64,000 bases of DNA. Source: Meyerozyma guilliermondii (Eukaryota). The stretch spans positions 992,001 through 1,056,000 of the forward strand of contig CP128818.1 in NCBI GenBank assembly GCA_051546255.1, in the 5' to 3' direction. The notes beneath the pieces were generated by a model. It ran no database searches and was not told where the DNA came from. It saw only the letters and a program-made list of their open reading frames with translations. Of this stretch, positions 1 to 10,192 are shown piece by piece; position 1 is the first letter of the stretch; the number at the start of each line of letters is the position of its first letter. The position numbers and the translations under genes were made by a program.

Positions 1-669
1 CGAGGGTATCTGGTCGCTATTAATGAGATTTGTTAGAAGTCCATTTGGACCCACGAGTTTTTCCTGGCCGAAAAAGTCCTTTAAACTCGTTGGACGAAGT
101 CTTTGAGCTAGCGGAATTGAAGCCTGTTGCTCAAGTTTCATTCGCTCTTGCCTGTTTGTGAGTGCTTGGGACTGTCGAAGCGGTTCTTGGGTAGGTACCG
201 GAGACGGATCACTGGCATTCTCAAGATCTATAACGTCAGTTTTCGTTTCCGCCGAAACATTATCGTTTTTTTCACTTATGACTTGCTCCTCCTGTGTAGT
301 TTCTGATTCTTGGATTCCAGTAGTCTCGTCATCCTTGTCTACGGCTTGGTTTTCTGATTTTAGTTTTCTTTCTTCTGCTCGTTTAAGCATTTCTAGCCGT
401 CTCTCAGCAATCCTAATCGACGTCATAGATGGCTCGGTCTTGATCTTCGGTTGGGAGCCACTTTTAGTCCTTTTTAGCAGCAGTGAGTTCCGTGCTAGTC
501 CCAAAGCGGCAAACGCATCGGGAACTTCTTGATTTTTTTCAGTATCAGGAGACCGCTTTCGCCTCTTGGAAGTATTCTCTGCTTCCCTCGAGTCAAGACA
601 CGAGTTCACGTGCCGCTCAATGAGCGATTGGGGAAATTTCTTGTTGCATATGGGACACTCTTCATCCAT
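1..669 (-). CDS. MGS1: Mgs1/WRNIP1-family DNA-dependent AAA+ ATPase, 5' part (continues beyond window start)
   Basis: Not in the ORF track; manual translation from ATG at 669 gives MDEECPICNKKFPQSLIERHVNSCLD (UBZ4-type zinc finger) and, in the same frame at the window edge, IPLAQRLRPTSLKDFFGQEKLVGPNG, the typical start of the Mgs1/RarA AAA+ domain. Confidence 0.9.
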   Translation of the reverse strand, partial: MDEECPICNKKFPQSLIERHVNSCLDSREAENTSKRRKRSPDTEKNQEVPDAFAALGLARNSLLLKRTKSGSQPKIKTEPSMTSIRIAERRLEMLKRAEERKLKSENQAVDKDDETTGIQESETTQEEQVISEKNDNVSAETKTDVIDLENASDPSPVPTQEPLRQSQALTNRQERMKLEQQASIPLAQRLRPTSLKDFFGQEKLVGPNGLLTNLINSDQIPS

Positions 670-891
670 CAACCTTTACTCAGTATTCACGAAATTTTGA
701 GCTTATCGTGGTTATATGTAGGTTTATTAAAATCAGAAGGATTATGAGAGTCGAAATCACCAAATGGAGAGAAGAGAACCAAGGTGAATGAATGGGGTCA
801 GAGAATGAGCGGGTAAAACAAACTTATCACTAATTTTTCGTTGGCTTTAGTTCTCATTAAAATTCCTTACCTAATCCAGTCCTTTCCCAAA

Positions 892-897
892 ACGCGT
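892..897. promoter_or_regulatory. MluI cell-cycle box (MCB, ACGCGT) in the MGS1-OGG1 divergent promoter
   Basis: Exact ACGCGT at 892-897 and a second CGCG core near 920, between two DNA repair genes. Confidence 0.5.
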
Positions 898-1008
898 TAA
901 TGGCGTGCGTAATTAGCTGCGCGTTGATTTCTGCGAAAGGCTTATTAGGAAATTTTCCACTTCACAAATTTTCCCATCACTAATTTTCAATTTGCTTTTC
1001 TTGATCCC

Positions 1009-2211
1009 ATGCTTTCGTGGAACAAGTTTCCAATTAAGGAAGTGGAACTTAGCTTGGCTAAGGTTCTCAGATGCGGACAGACGTTCAGGTGGAAAAATAT
1101 TAACAATGTATGGTCATTTAGTCTCGATGATAAAGTGATCTTTTTGAAGCAAGATGAGTACAGTATCCATTATTCGTGGATCATGAAGGAGGGTGTATCT
1201 AGCAAGGACCGCTTTGATACATCCAGCGATGTTTTGGGATTTGTTCGTGATTACTTCAACTTGAATGTGAACCTTGAGCTGCTTTATCAAGATTGGTCAC
1301 ATCGTAGTTCGCTAGTGAAGGCTGCTACTCATGGCTCGGCATTCCAGAGGTTTACAGGAATCCGAATTCTTCGCCAGGATCCCTGGGAGACTTTGGTCTC
1401 ATTTATCTGCTCTTCCAACAATAACGTTAAACGCATATCCAAAATGTGCGACAGCTTATGCACTGAATTTGGAACCTACATCGCTACTCATGGAGGTGTC
1501 GACTACTACTCCTTTCCCACGGCCCAAGCGCTTAGTTCTCTGCCTTCCGTGGAGACAAAGCTTCGAGAATTGGGGTTTGGTTATCGTGCAAAGTACATCT
1601 ACCAAACAGCATTGATGTTGACTGACCCCGACAACCCAGATTTGTCTCTTGCCAAGTTGTACGACTTACGTCTTGAAAGCTACGAGGCCTGCTCGGAGTT
1701 TCTCATACAACTCTCTGGCGTGGGTCCAAAAGTGGCTGATTGTATCTGTCTTATGGCTCTAGACAAGCATGACGTTGTGCCTGTGGACACTCATGTGTAC
1801 CAGATTGCAATCCGTGACTACAAGTACAAGGGTAAGCGTGACCTCAAGACTATGAACAAGAAGGTATATGAAGATATAAGGACATTTTTCAAGAACATTT
1901 TTGGACCGTACGCCGGCTGGGCCCAGTCTGTGTTGTTCACTTCTGACTTGTCCGATCTCAATAATGGCATCAACGAAACTACTGTGTCTGTGAAGCAAGA
2001 GGTGAAGGAGACCAGCGACATGAAATTGGATTTAAAAGAAGAAATCAAGGTTGAACAGAAAGGAGGGAAAAAGAGGACGACGAAGGTGATGAGGGAAATT
2101 CAAAATGTACCAATTGCTGGATTCAAGGACGTACATGCTAGTCACGTGGAAAGTGCGGAGGATACAAAATCTTTCGCAGAGGCATACAAGAGGCAAAAGG
2201 TAAGTAGCTAG
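1009..2211 (+). CDS. OGG1: 8-oxoguanine DNA glycosylase/AP lyase
   Basis: 400 aa; LRCGQTFRW N-terminal motif, RILRQDPWETLVSFICSSNNNVKRI, helix-hairpin-helix GVGPKVADC and VPVDTHV. Confidence 0.96.
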   Translation: MLSWNKFPIKEVELSLAKVLRCGQTFRWKNINNVWSFSLDDKVIFLKQDEYSIHYSWIMKEGVSSKDRFDTSSDVLGFVRDYFNLNVNLELLYQDWSHRSSLVKAATHGSAFQRFTGIRILRQDPWETLVSFICSSNNNVKRISKMCDSLCTEFGTYIATHGGVDYYSFPTAQALSSLPSVETKLRELGFGYRAKYIYQTALMLTDPDNPDLSLAKLYDLRLESYEACSEFLIQLSGVGPKVADCICLMALDKHDVVPVDTHVYQIAIRDYKYKGKRDLKTMNKKVYEDIRTFFKNIFGPYAGWAQSVLFTSDLSDLNNGINETTVSVKQEVKETSDMKLDLKEEIKVEQKGGKKRTTKVMREIQNVPIAGFKDVHASHVESAEDTKSFAEAYKRQKVSS

Positions 2212-2288
2212 TAGAATATACAGAAGTGGACTACTTTCCACTACGCATGCATTCAAGTGCGCTAACTGTACTTGTTCTTTCAATCCAA

Positions 2289-2360
2289 GGGCGGTTGGTG
2301 TAGTGGTTAACATATCTGCCTTCCAAGCAGGTGTCACGGGTTCGATTCCCGTACCGCTCA
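2289..2360 (+). tRNA. tRNA-Gly (anticodon TCC)
   Basis: 72 nt GGGCGGT...ACCGCTCA cloverleaf; anticodon arm TCTGC-CT TCC AA-GCAGG; T-loop GGTTCGATTCC; T6 Pol III terminator at 2366-2371. Confidence 0.96.
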
Positions 2361-2493
2361 AATTATTTTTTCGTCAGGGCTTATAGCGGTGCTTTAGATT
2401 GTCAGGATGATATTTTTTTGCTAGAAGTTGGCATTCCACCTCGCTATCTTCATACGATTCTGCTCTTCATTTCAATAGTAATCGGTGATTGCA

Positions 2494-2532
2494 AAACTGT
2501 GGAAATTTACAATATTAGCAATGTGCACGTGA
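2494..2532. promoter_or_regulatory. Met31/Met32-type site (AAACTGTGG, 2494-2502) plus Cbf1 E-box (CACGTGA, 2526-2532)
   Basis: Exact matches to both classical yeast sulfur-regulon motifs within about 80 bp upstream of the ATG at 2575. Confidence 0.6.
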
Positions 2533-2574
2533 ACCTTGTTGCAGCATAACGGGTAATGGTTGTGGATCCAAGTT

Positions 2575-4641
2575 ATGGCCCCATTGGAGAAGAAGAATCG
2601 CTCTAGAGTGGCTTGCAACAGGTGTAGGGACAGCAAGATCCGGTGTGTGAATTTTGGAGATCACAATGCTTGTGTTCGATGCCTGAAACTAAAACTTTCA
2701 TGTTCCTACTCACCAACCCTGGCTCAACAGAGACAGAAACCAAATAAACCTGAACATCATGATAAAGTCCAACGGACACCTCCAGCTCAAGTTGTTTGGA
2801 AAAGAAGCGAATTTGTAGAAGATGTCAAATTTCCATCCAAAGAGGTTGTTCTTGAACTTGTGGAAATCTTCTTTGAGAACCAGTATAAAGGGATCTTTCC
2901 TTTCATTCATAAACCTTCGTTTCTAGCATTCTTAAATTCTAATCGATTTTCGCCCGAAACATACTTTGACGACTACAATGCAATTATTGAGGACAAGGAG
3001 TCCATAAAACGAATGAAGTTTCCGGATCCTATTTTATTAGTGTCCATACTCGCTCTCTGCTGTCGATTCTATCCACTGCTTGCACAGTCGACTGAATGCA
3101 GTTCTTCCACTTCAAACACACTGACCCATACAGAATACTTCCAGAGATCTTTGGGTATGATTCCCACAGAAGCATCCAAATATTACGGCGAACAGGCTAG
3201 ATATTTACTCAAAGAAGTATTCGACGAGCCCACTGTTCAAAGAATCCAGGCATTGGTCTTACTTAGCAGTCACGAATGGGGCGAAGGAAACAGTGCTCGA
3301 AGCTTTGTCTACGTTGGGATTGCTGCTAGAATGGCATTGATTCTTGGCCTTGGAGCTGAGGTCAACCTACCTGATGAAGGAGGAGTGCTTGATGAGAATG
3401 AGCAACTCATCTACATAGAGAGCAGGCGACGGACTATCTGGTCTATTTACATGATGGACAGATGCAATTCGAGTGGCAGAAATAGATCCTCAGCCATCAA
3501 AGTGAGTGACATAGAGGTAAACCTACCTTGTGAAGAAAGAGAATTTTTATTTGGAATTCCAGGCAAAACGTTACGATACAATGATATCATTGTCCGAATA
3601 AAAAGCAAAGATATAGTTTCGATGCAGCAAATGCCAGTGTGCAACTTTACCATTGTCGTATTTGAAATATGGTCCAAGGTTGCAAGATGGGTTGGAGAAA
3701 TGGATGGAAAACTGAACCGGTCAAGAAACCTTAATAGCGATGAGACATACTCTCAATTGACGGCAGAACTTAAGCATCTTCAGGAAAGTCTACCTAACCA
3801 CTTAAAATTCAATGAGCATAACTTACAGGCACATATTTCTCATTTTGACGGAGCCCACTTTGGCTACTTTCATGCTTTGCTCCTCTTGTGTGATATTTTC
3901 TTGCTCAGAGAAACCTTTTTCTGTGGCCAGACAGCATTACCTTCGGGTTGCTGGAAACTGTCATTGTTGCAAATGTTGAACTTGCTAAAAGACCTCACAC
4001 TATTGATCAGTACCTTGAAACGCAAAAATATGATGGTTATTGCACCGTTCACGGCCTTTGAAGTTTTCACTGCTTCTATATCAGGGTTATTCTTTTATGC
4101 CTATCCTAACCAAATTTTAAAGAAGCAGTTTTTACTTGAGGATCGAGGGAAAGATGACGAGGTTATAAATGCTGAAATCCAGGAAATCAAAGAGGGCTTC
4201 AGATCTGTAGCATACAGCAACATGGACATGCTAGTCGATTGGGCCAATTCGTGGGAGTTGGCGAAAAGATGGTACCATTCTATCAACAAGCTAGGACAAG
4301 TATTTGAATCCTGTCTTTCTGAGAATACTTCCTTGTTGGAAAATGAATCTATTCGACACGAAATACAAGATTACGGAGATGGAACGGTTGGAGAAATTCA
4401 TACTACAGTGAAAACCCGGCGAGTGAGTATACAAAACTTACTAGCTTCTAACAGTGGATCTGAATACCTGCCTGAAAAGAGCGGAAGTGATTCTACACTG
4501 AATGTGCAAGACTTCCGCCATGGAGACGACTTTTACATCAAATTGATTCCTTCTCCAGTGCTTGATATTTTCAGCAGTTCAGCCAGCCCGGGATTCATGC
4601 AACGGTTTGACACTGAATGGGAGAATATTGATAGACTATGA
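2575..4641 (+). CDS. Zn(II)2Cys6 transcription factor with fungal-specific TF domain
   Basis: ACNRCRDSKIRC...ACVRCLKLKLSC binuclear cluster; FPFIHKPSF, AARMALILGL, ESRRRTIWSIYMMDR middle-homology region. First ATG is at 2575 (track start 2560 is TTG). Confidence 0.92.
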   Translation: MAPLEKKNRSRVACNRCRDSKIRCVNFGDHNACVRCLKLKLSCSYSPTLAQQRQKPNKPEHHDKVQRTPPAQVVWKRSEFVEDVKFPSKEVVLELVEIFFENQYKGIFPFIHKPSFLAFLNSNRFSPETYFDDYNAIIEDKESIKRMKFPDPILLVSILALCCRFYPLLAQSTECSSSTSNTLTHTEYFQRSLGMIPTEASKYYGEQARYLLKEVFDEPTVQRIQALVLLSSHEWGEGNSARSFVYVGIAARMALILGLGAEVNLPDEGGVLDENEQLIYIESRRRTIWSIYMMDRCNSSGRNRSSAIKVSDIEVNLPCEEREFLFGIPGKTLRYNDIIVRIKSKDIVSMQQMPVCNFTIVVFEIWSKVARWVGEMDGKLNRSRNLNSDETYSQLTAELKHLQESLPNHLKFNEHNLQAHISHFDGAHFGYFHALLLLCDIFLLRETFFCGQTALPSGCWKLSLLQMLNLLKDLTLLISTLKRKNMMVIAPFTAFEVFTASISGLFFYAYPNQILKKQFLLEDRGKDDEVINAEIQEIKEGFRSVAYSNMDMLVDWANSWELAKRWYHSINKLGQVFESCLSENTSLLENESIRHEIQDYGDGTVGEIHTTVKTRRVSIQNLLASNSGSEYLPEKSGSDSTLNVQDFRHGDDFYIKLIPSPVLDIFSSSASPGFMQRFDTEWENIDRL

Positions 4642-4651
4642 ATACTTAGAA

Positions 4652-6292
4652 TTAAACAGAGCTGTCTTCGTTCTTTCTCCATTCAAAGTACGATTGTAAC
4701 TTATCGACTTCAAAGATGGAGCCTGATTCTGGTTCAGCTTCTTCTATATAAGGGAGTACTTCCTTCGTTGTTTTGACAATCTCTGATTTTCCAAGAACTT
4801 CCTTATACTCGTTCAACGCTTGAACGAGAACTTTTTCGTGAACTTCCGGAACCTTGATTTTCGTTTCGAAGCCCTTCTTTTCAACTGTATCGATAAGGGT
4901 CCAATTATCGGAGTTGTCAAGTGACCATACTTTCCAATGAGTTGTTCTGGTATCTCCGTTCCAACTGACGTAGACATTGGTAGATCCAGTAGGAGTATAC
5001 TCAGCAGCAACGGCAATCGCTTCGTTAGGAATTCCAGTCCAATTATATTTGAAAGCTCTATAATTTTCCACCTTGTCTGCGATAGCCCCAGAGTCAAGGA
5101 AGGCATGGAAAATGATTTTTTCGTTTGCATCATACTCTGTCACAGCACCCTCAGAGCCCCAATTTACCAATACATTCTTGTTGGGCAAAACTTGCGCAGA
5201 GCCTTGCGACTTGACAGAAAGATTGTATGGTGCTTTTGCGTTGTAGAGAAGAGTAGCTTCCCACGATTTCGTGTCAACTTCAATAATCTTTCCACTCGAA
5301 ATACCATTGAGTTTTACTTTTCCATCTTTGTTCTCTGAGCCATGGGCCGAATTGTCAAACAAGGAAATAACCTGCTTAGACTTGTCGGCCGAGGTCTCCA
5401 AGTAACGAGCATGGTGCTGAAACGAAAAAGTAAAATTGTCGACAGATGTAAAGCTGGAAGAAGTAATACCAGGGAGACCTCCCAACTTCCACATAACCTC
5501 ACCCGTCTTACCATTGATCTTATAAATCGAGGCACAAATTCTGGCAGATAAAAGATAGTTACCGTCGCTATCCTTATCAATAGAATTTATATGAAAATAT
5601 TTCCAAGCATCACTCGAGTTGTGGCCAAACCCAACCAGTCCGTCTTTAATAGAAAACACAGTTTCATGGGGAGATACATGGTCTAAGGAAGACCACTCAA
5701 ACAAGACTTTTCCGGTTTCGATATCCAATTCCTGAAAAATGGAGTTCACGATCCACTGCTGCTTCTTCGTACCACCAAATGGACCAAGGTCATAGGGAAT
5801 TGGATGGTGAATTTGAATCACCGCAGTCTTCTCGTTGAGAACCTGGAACTCGTGCTTGTCAGACAATTTATGGTTCCCAGCACCAATCTCCCTTATGGTT
5901 TCGTACTTGTTGTTTAGGAAGGTGACATGACCATGGCCATGGCCATAGGAAGGATTGTGGTCGCCTTCAAATGAGAATAAGACATCTTCGCCATGAAGTT
6001 TCGCAGCCTGAAAATTGGCATTCCAGATGGAAAAGTAAGTGTATCCCGACCATACAAGCTCACCCTTATCGGTGAAAATATACGGAGCTGCTTGCCGGGG
6101 TCCGTGCAGGTTTCCAACATCAGAATACCCACTGAAAGGAGCTACAAACAAGTAACCCGGTAATGTCCCTTCGGCAGGTACCGTGATGTTCAATCGTGGA
6201 GGAGCCAAATCTGGCCGGGAACGAAATTGCCAATCAGCAACGACCACCAGAAGGCTACAGAGGAAAGAGACAACATGAAGCAAAAAATTCAT
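4652..6292 (-). CDS. Secreted arylsulfotransferase (ASST)-family protein, paralog 1
   Basis: Hydrophobic signal peptide then FRSRPDLAPP, DKHEF, FQELDIETGKVLFEWSSLDHV, YFHINS, FSFQHHAR, SQGSAQVLPNKNVLVNWG, YRAFK motifs characteristic of fungal ASST-family proteins. First ATG at 6292 (track start 6304 is TTG). Confidence 0.85.
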   Translation of the reverse strand: MNFLLHVVSFLCSLLVVVADWQFRSRPDLAPPRLNITVPAEGTLPGYLFVAPFSGYSDVGNLHGPRQAAPYIFTDKGELVWSGYTYFSIWNANFQAAKLHGEDVLFSFEGDHNPSYGHGHGHVTFLNNKYETIREIGAGNHKLSDKHEFQVLNEKTAVIQIHHPIPYDLGPFGGTKKQQWIVNSIFQELDIETGKVLFEWSSLDHVSPHETVFSIKDGLVGFGHNSSDAWKYFHINSIDKDSDGNYLLSARICASIYKINGKTGEVMWKLGGLPGITSSSFTSVDNFTFSFQHHARYLETSADKSKQVISLFDNSAHGSENKDGKVKLNGISSGKIIEVDTKSWEATLLYNAKAPYNLSVKSQGSAQVLPNKNVLVNWGSEGAVTEYDANEKIIFHAFLDSGAIADKVENYRAFKYNWTGIPNEAIAVAAEYTPTGSTNVYVSWNGDTRTTHWKVWSLDNSDNWTLIDTVEKKGFETKIKVPEVHEKVLVQALNEYKEVLGKSEIVKTTKEVLPYIEEAEPESGSIFEVDKLQSYFEWRKNEDSSV

Positions 6293-6746
6293 GATTGTGG
6301 GCAAAAGATGGCATTTCGTCTATATTTCTACTATGTATTGCGTTATTGCAGCCGTTCTCACGTCGGCAATCTCCGTGTGGTTGATGTAGCTGTGGCGCGG
6401 CTTGTGCAGGTGTGCGTGCGGCTTGTCAGTGCGGTTTAAAATTGCAGCCTGTCCGTTTCGGGAAATCAAGGGTCCACAAATGGTAGAATTAACCGCTTAG
6501 CAGATTGACCAGCATAGATTTGACAGTTCGGTGAAATTGGGATTAGTATCGATTGAGTATTCACTAATGGCCGGAGCCCATCTTTTATGACAATAGACCA
6601 TCTCAAGTTTCTATTGCGCCGCGGAACCTGCAGTATTTGCAACCGGTTCAACGAGCTAGGGTCGTCTCTATTTGCGCTTTATGGTTACGGAGAGTATGGC
6701 GGTAAGTAATTTAGCTAGAACTGTACTTTTCTACTACTTGCTTTGA

Positions 6747-8387
6747 CTAAAAACTCAATTTTCTCCAATCAAAGTAAGTTTGTTTCCACAGAAGAACTGG
6801 CTGCAAATCGTCAACAAAAGTCTCTACTTCTGCTTCGCGGTACGGAAGGATTTCATCTTGAATTTTCACTTGTGCACTCTCTCCTAAGAATTTGCGGTTT
6901 TTGTCAAATGCTTGAACCACAACTGTCTCATAAATCTCTCCCGGTAAGTGAATTTTAGTTTCAAATCCACTTCTCTTTGCCGTAGACACCTTATTTTTGT
7001 CACCGTTGGAATCCACGCTAAACACTTCCCATTCTTCTGTTCTAGTATCGCCGTTCCAACTCACATAGATATTCGAACCTCCATCGGTAACATATGAAGC
7101 CACGGCAATGCTCTCATGAGGAGTTCCAGTCCAATTGAACTTGAATGCCCTATAGTTTTCAGCGTGTTCACCCAAAGAGCCTGAATCAACAAATGCATGA
7201 AAGATAGGGTTCTCTTCAGAGTCAAATTCAGTAATAGCTCCTTCTGAGCCCCAGTTAACGAGCACATGACCGTTGGGCAAAACCTGAGTTGAACCTTGTG
7301 ACTTTGCCAACAAGCCATAGGGCGCAACACCATTGAACAAAAGGGTCGCTTTCTTGTTTTTTGTATCGACTTCGACAATCTTCCCGCTCGATGCACTGTT
7401 ATACAGAACCTGTTTTCCGTTCTTATTCTCGGTTCCATGGGCGGAATTATCAAAAAACGAAATAATCTGCTTGCTACCATCCTCTGATGTGCGCAAATAG
7501 CGAGCATGGTGCTGAAACGAAAACGTCAAGTTCTTCTCAGATTTGAAATCTGATGTAGTGATACCCGGAAGGCCGCCCAATTTCCAAATCACTTCTCCAG
7601 TTTTACCGTCAATCTTATAAAGAGCAGCAGCGTCTCTCGCGGACAATAGATAGTTTCCCTCCTTATCCTTGTCAACAGAATTTATATGGAAATAATCCCA
7701 TGCATCGCTGGAGTTGAATCCTGCTCCCGCCTGTCCTTCGTTAATAGGCAAAACCGATTCGTAAGGTGAGACATGATCCAATGAAGACCACTCAAACAAC
7801 ACCTTTCCCGTCTCAATATCCAATTCCTGAAATATGGCATTGACTACCCATTGCTGCTTCTTGCTGGCTCCATATGGACTAAGGTCGTATGGAACGGGCT
7901 GATAAATTTGAACCAAACCAGTCTTCTCATCTATGATGTGAAACTCGTGCTTGTCAATTATCTTGTGGTTTCCAGCTCTTAACTCCTTTACTGTTTCGTA
8001 GTTTTCATCAAGAAATGTTATGTGGCCATGTCCATGTCCGTAACCCGGGTTGTGCGAGCCTTCAAAAGAGAATAGCACATTCTCACCATTTACGCGCCCT
8101 GCTTGAAAGTTGGTGGCCCAGATGGAAAAGTAGCTGAAGCCAGACCAAACAAGTTCTCCTTTATCAGTGAAAATGTATGGTGCTGCTTGCCTGGGACCAT
8201 GCAGATTACCCACATCGGGAAATCCACTGAAAGGAGCAACAAAAAGGTAACCTGGGGAAGTCCCTTCAGCTGAAATAGTGATGTTGAGTCTTGGCGGTGC
8301 CAAGTCCGACCGGGAACGATACTGCCAGTCGGCAGAAGCCAACTGAAAAGTACAAATAATTGTAGAGGCAATGCTGAGAAGCTTCAT
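6747..8387 (-). CDS. Secreted arylsulfotransferase (ASST)-family protein, paralog 2
   Basis: 546 aa, signal peptide, same motif set (DKHEF, WDYFHINS, FQHHAR, SQGSTQVLPNGHVLVNWG); clearly colinear with paralog 1. Confidence 0.85.
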   Translation of the reverse strand: MKLLSIASTIICTFQLASADWQYRSRSDLAPPRLNITISAEGTSPGYLFVAPFSGFPDVGNLHGPRQAAPYIFTDKGELVWSGFSYFSIWATNFQAGRVNGENVLFSFEGSHNPGYGHGHGHITFLDENYETVKELRAGNHKIIDKHEFHIIDEKTGLVQIYQPVPYDLSPYGASKKQQWVVNAIFQELDIETGKVLFEWSSLDHVSPYESVLPINEGQAGAGFNSSDAWDYFHINSVDKDKEGNYLLSARDAAALYKIDGKTGEVIWKLGGLPGITTSDFKSEKNLTFSFQHHARYLRTSEDGSKQIISFFDNSAHGTENKNGKQVLYNSASSGKIVEVDTKNKKATLLFNGVAPYGLLAKSQGSTQVLPNGHVLVNWGSEGAITEFDSEENPIFHAFVDSGSLGEHAENYRAFKFNWTGTPHESIAVASYVTDGGSNIYVSWNGDTRTEEWEVFSVDSNGDKNKVSTAKRSGFETKIHLPGEIYETVVVQAFDKNRKFLGESAQVKIQDEILPYREAEVETFVDDLQPVLLWKQTYFDWRKLSF

Positions 8388-8444
8388 TTGCGCTGTGGGA
8401 GCTCAATTGGGACGGACTTCAACTTAAGTATTCGATTTTGCAGC

Positions 8445-8464
8445 CGGTTCGGTTCGGTTCGGTT
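8445..8464 (+). repeat. (CGGTT)4 tandem motif upstream of ASST paralog 2
   Basis: CGGTTCGGTTCGGTTCGGTT read directly. Confidence 0.85.
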
Positions 8465-8487
8465 AGCGATTGCATTGTACTATTATT

Positions 8488-10113
8488 CTAATTAAGATAT
8501 GTAACGGCTCGCATGCACGAACCGATGCCATAGTTTAGGCGTGTGGCATCTGTGGCTTTCTCTTGCCGAACTGTGCCAAGCAAAAGAGAACACAGGCTAA
8601 GAAACGACACTTTGATTGCAGAAACGTAATCTTTCAACACTAGCGACTTGATATCTGGAGGTAGATCCTGAATAGAGGCAATTGATTGACTGATGCGTTT
8701 CACTATGGTCTTGACTTCACGATGCTTCAATCCATAATCTTTCAAATGCCTTGAAATTCTCGCACGGGTGAGTTTCAGTATAATGAGAGACGAACCAGTA
8801 ACTCCCCACACTCCACCTATACTTCTCAACACGTAGACTGTAGCCGTTGAGGATGCTTGATGTTCAATTCCATGAGCAAAAATGAATGTGAAGAGACTAC
8901 TGGGATATGCAAGTCCCTGTCCTAAGTTTGCAGGCATGAGAAGAAAATTCAAAACCCACTTTCTCGTAGAGTTAGTAACCGTAAGAATAAGCAGGTTCCC
9001 GACTAACATTGTGAAAATGCCAGAAATTGCAAGGCTCCTGAGTAGCTTATATCGCTCCATTAACAAACCAGCTAACAATCCTCCAATAGGTGTTGAAAGT
9101 GCTGGTAGCATTAAGCGAAAGCCTGCCGCAGATGCTGTGTCTCCAAATTCAAGCTGGAACAACAATGGAAGCGTGAAAAGATAGGCAAAGGCGGCCAATC
9201 CTATTAAGAAATTGATTGCAAGTTGCAGGATGCTGAAAAGATCTTTGTAGTCCAGTAACTTGATGATTGGAACAGCAGTGGTTTTGTTTTCGGCATCAAT
9301 AAACACCAATGTCAAAAGCAAGCTCAAAAAACCAAGTCCAATCAATCTGTAGTCGGTCCATGCTAATTCATTGCCTCCCAACGTGAGAACAAGAAGCTGC
9401 GACGAGATTGCAAGGAATATCAAGACAGCTCCCTTCAAATCGACTTTGGTGAGAAGCTTGCTGATATGAAGCTCCTGGAACCCTCGTTGGTTATTAACAT
9501 AAGAATAGGCAACTAAAATACTGAACGCAGTAAGTGGACATTGCAAGAGGAAGCAAAACCTCCACCCCACTATGCTGGATATGTAACCTCCCAATGAGGC
9601 ACCACAAATAGAGCCAAATCCAAGAGTCAAATTCTGAAACGCCTGAAACAATCCTCTTTTCTCAGGGTAAATAATATCTGAATGAATAATTGTTGCAAGG
9701 GTTAGAAGCCCCCCTCCTCCAATACCTGTTATTCCTCTCATTATGTTTAAAAATAAAAACGTTGGGGCTACAGAACATCCAAAACAGCCCACCAAAAAAA
9801 AAGACAAGGCAAAGAAAACACACACCCTTCTTCCAACAACATCAGAGAGTGAGCCATAGAGAGGCTGAAACGCTGTCGAAGTTATGAGATAAGAGGTGGT
9901 TATCCACGAAGCAAACCTAGCAGTTCCAAACTCGTTTCCAATAGTGGTATAGGTCGACGCTGTCACGGTGGCATCAAACCCCGAGAGAAATACATTTAAA
10001 AGAAGGGCAATCTCAATACATGTAAAATTCGGAGCCGAGGAGAATTTGCCAGTTCTACGATGAGTATCTGAATTCGGAATGAGTGGGTCGACTTCTCGAG
10101 CTTCGATGTCCAT
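8488..10113 (-). CDS. MFS transporter, DHA2/VBA (vacuolar basic amino acid / drug:H+ antiporter) type
   Basis: 541 aa, many TM segments; WITTSYLITSTAFQPLYGSLSDVVGRR, RGITGIGGGG, GWRFCFLLQCP motifs. Confidence 0.85.
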   Translation of the reverse strand: MDIEAREVDPLIPNSDTHRRTGKFSSAPNFTCIEIALLLNVFLSGFDATVTASTYTTIGNEFGTARFASWITTSYLITSTAFQPLYGSLSDVVGRRVCVFFALSFFLVGCFGCSVAPTFLFLNIMRGITGIGGGGLLTLATIIHSDIIYPEKRGLFQAFQNLTLGFGSICGASLGGYISSIVGWRFCFLLQCPLTAFSILVAYSYVNNQRGFQELHISKLLTKVDLKGAVLIFLAISSQLLVLTLGGNELAWTDYRLIGLGFLSLLLTLVFIDAENKTTAVPIIKLLDYKDLFSILQLAINFLIGLAAFAYLFTLPLLFQLEFGDTASAAGFRLMLPALSTPIGGLLAGLLMERYKLLRSLAISGIFTMLVGNLLILTVTNSTRKWVLNFLLMPANLGQGLAYPSSLFTFIFAHGIEHQASSTATVYVLRSIGGVWGVTGSSLIILKLTRARISRHLKDYGLKHREVKTIVKRISQSIASIQDLPPDIKSLVLKDYVSAIKVSFLSLCSLLLGTVRQEKATDATRLNYGIGSCMRAVTYLN

Positions 10114-10192
10114 GTTTGATTGAGCAGAGATAAGAAAAAAAAAACGAAATACAATTAAGTCCCGTCACGTTCACAAGCCTCATCCATATTTT

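Noticed and set aside
158..747. ORFs 158-532 and 529-747 on +
   Set aside because: Antisense shadows of the MGS1 CDS on the minus strand.
2032..2549. ORFs 2032-2361 (-) and 2331-2549 (+)
   Set aside because: They overlap the tRNA-Gly gene and OGG1 3' end; no domain signal.
8445..8464. CGGTT array as a telomeric seed or CRISPR-like repeat
   Set aside because: Only 3-4 units of 5 bp, no spacers, eukaryotic context; better explained as a promoter motif.
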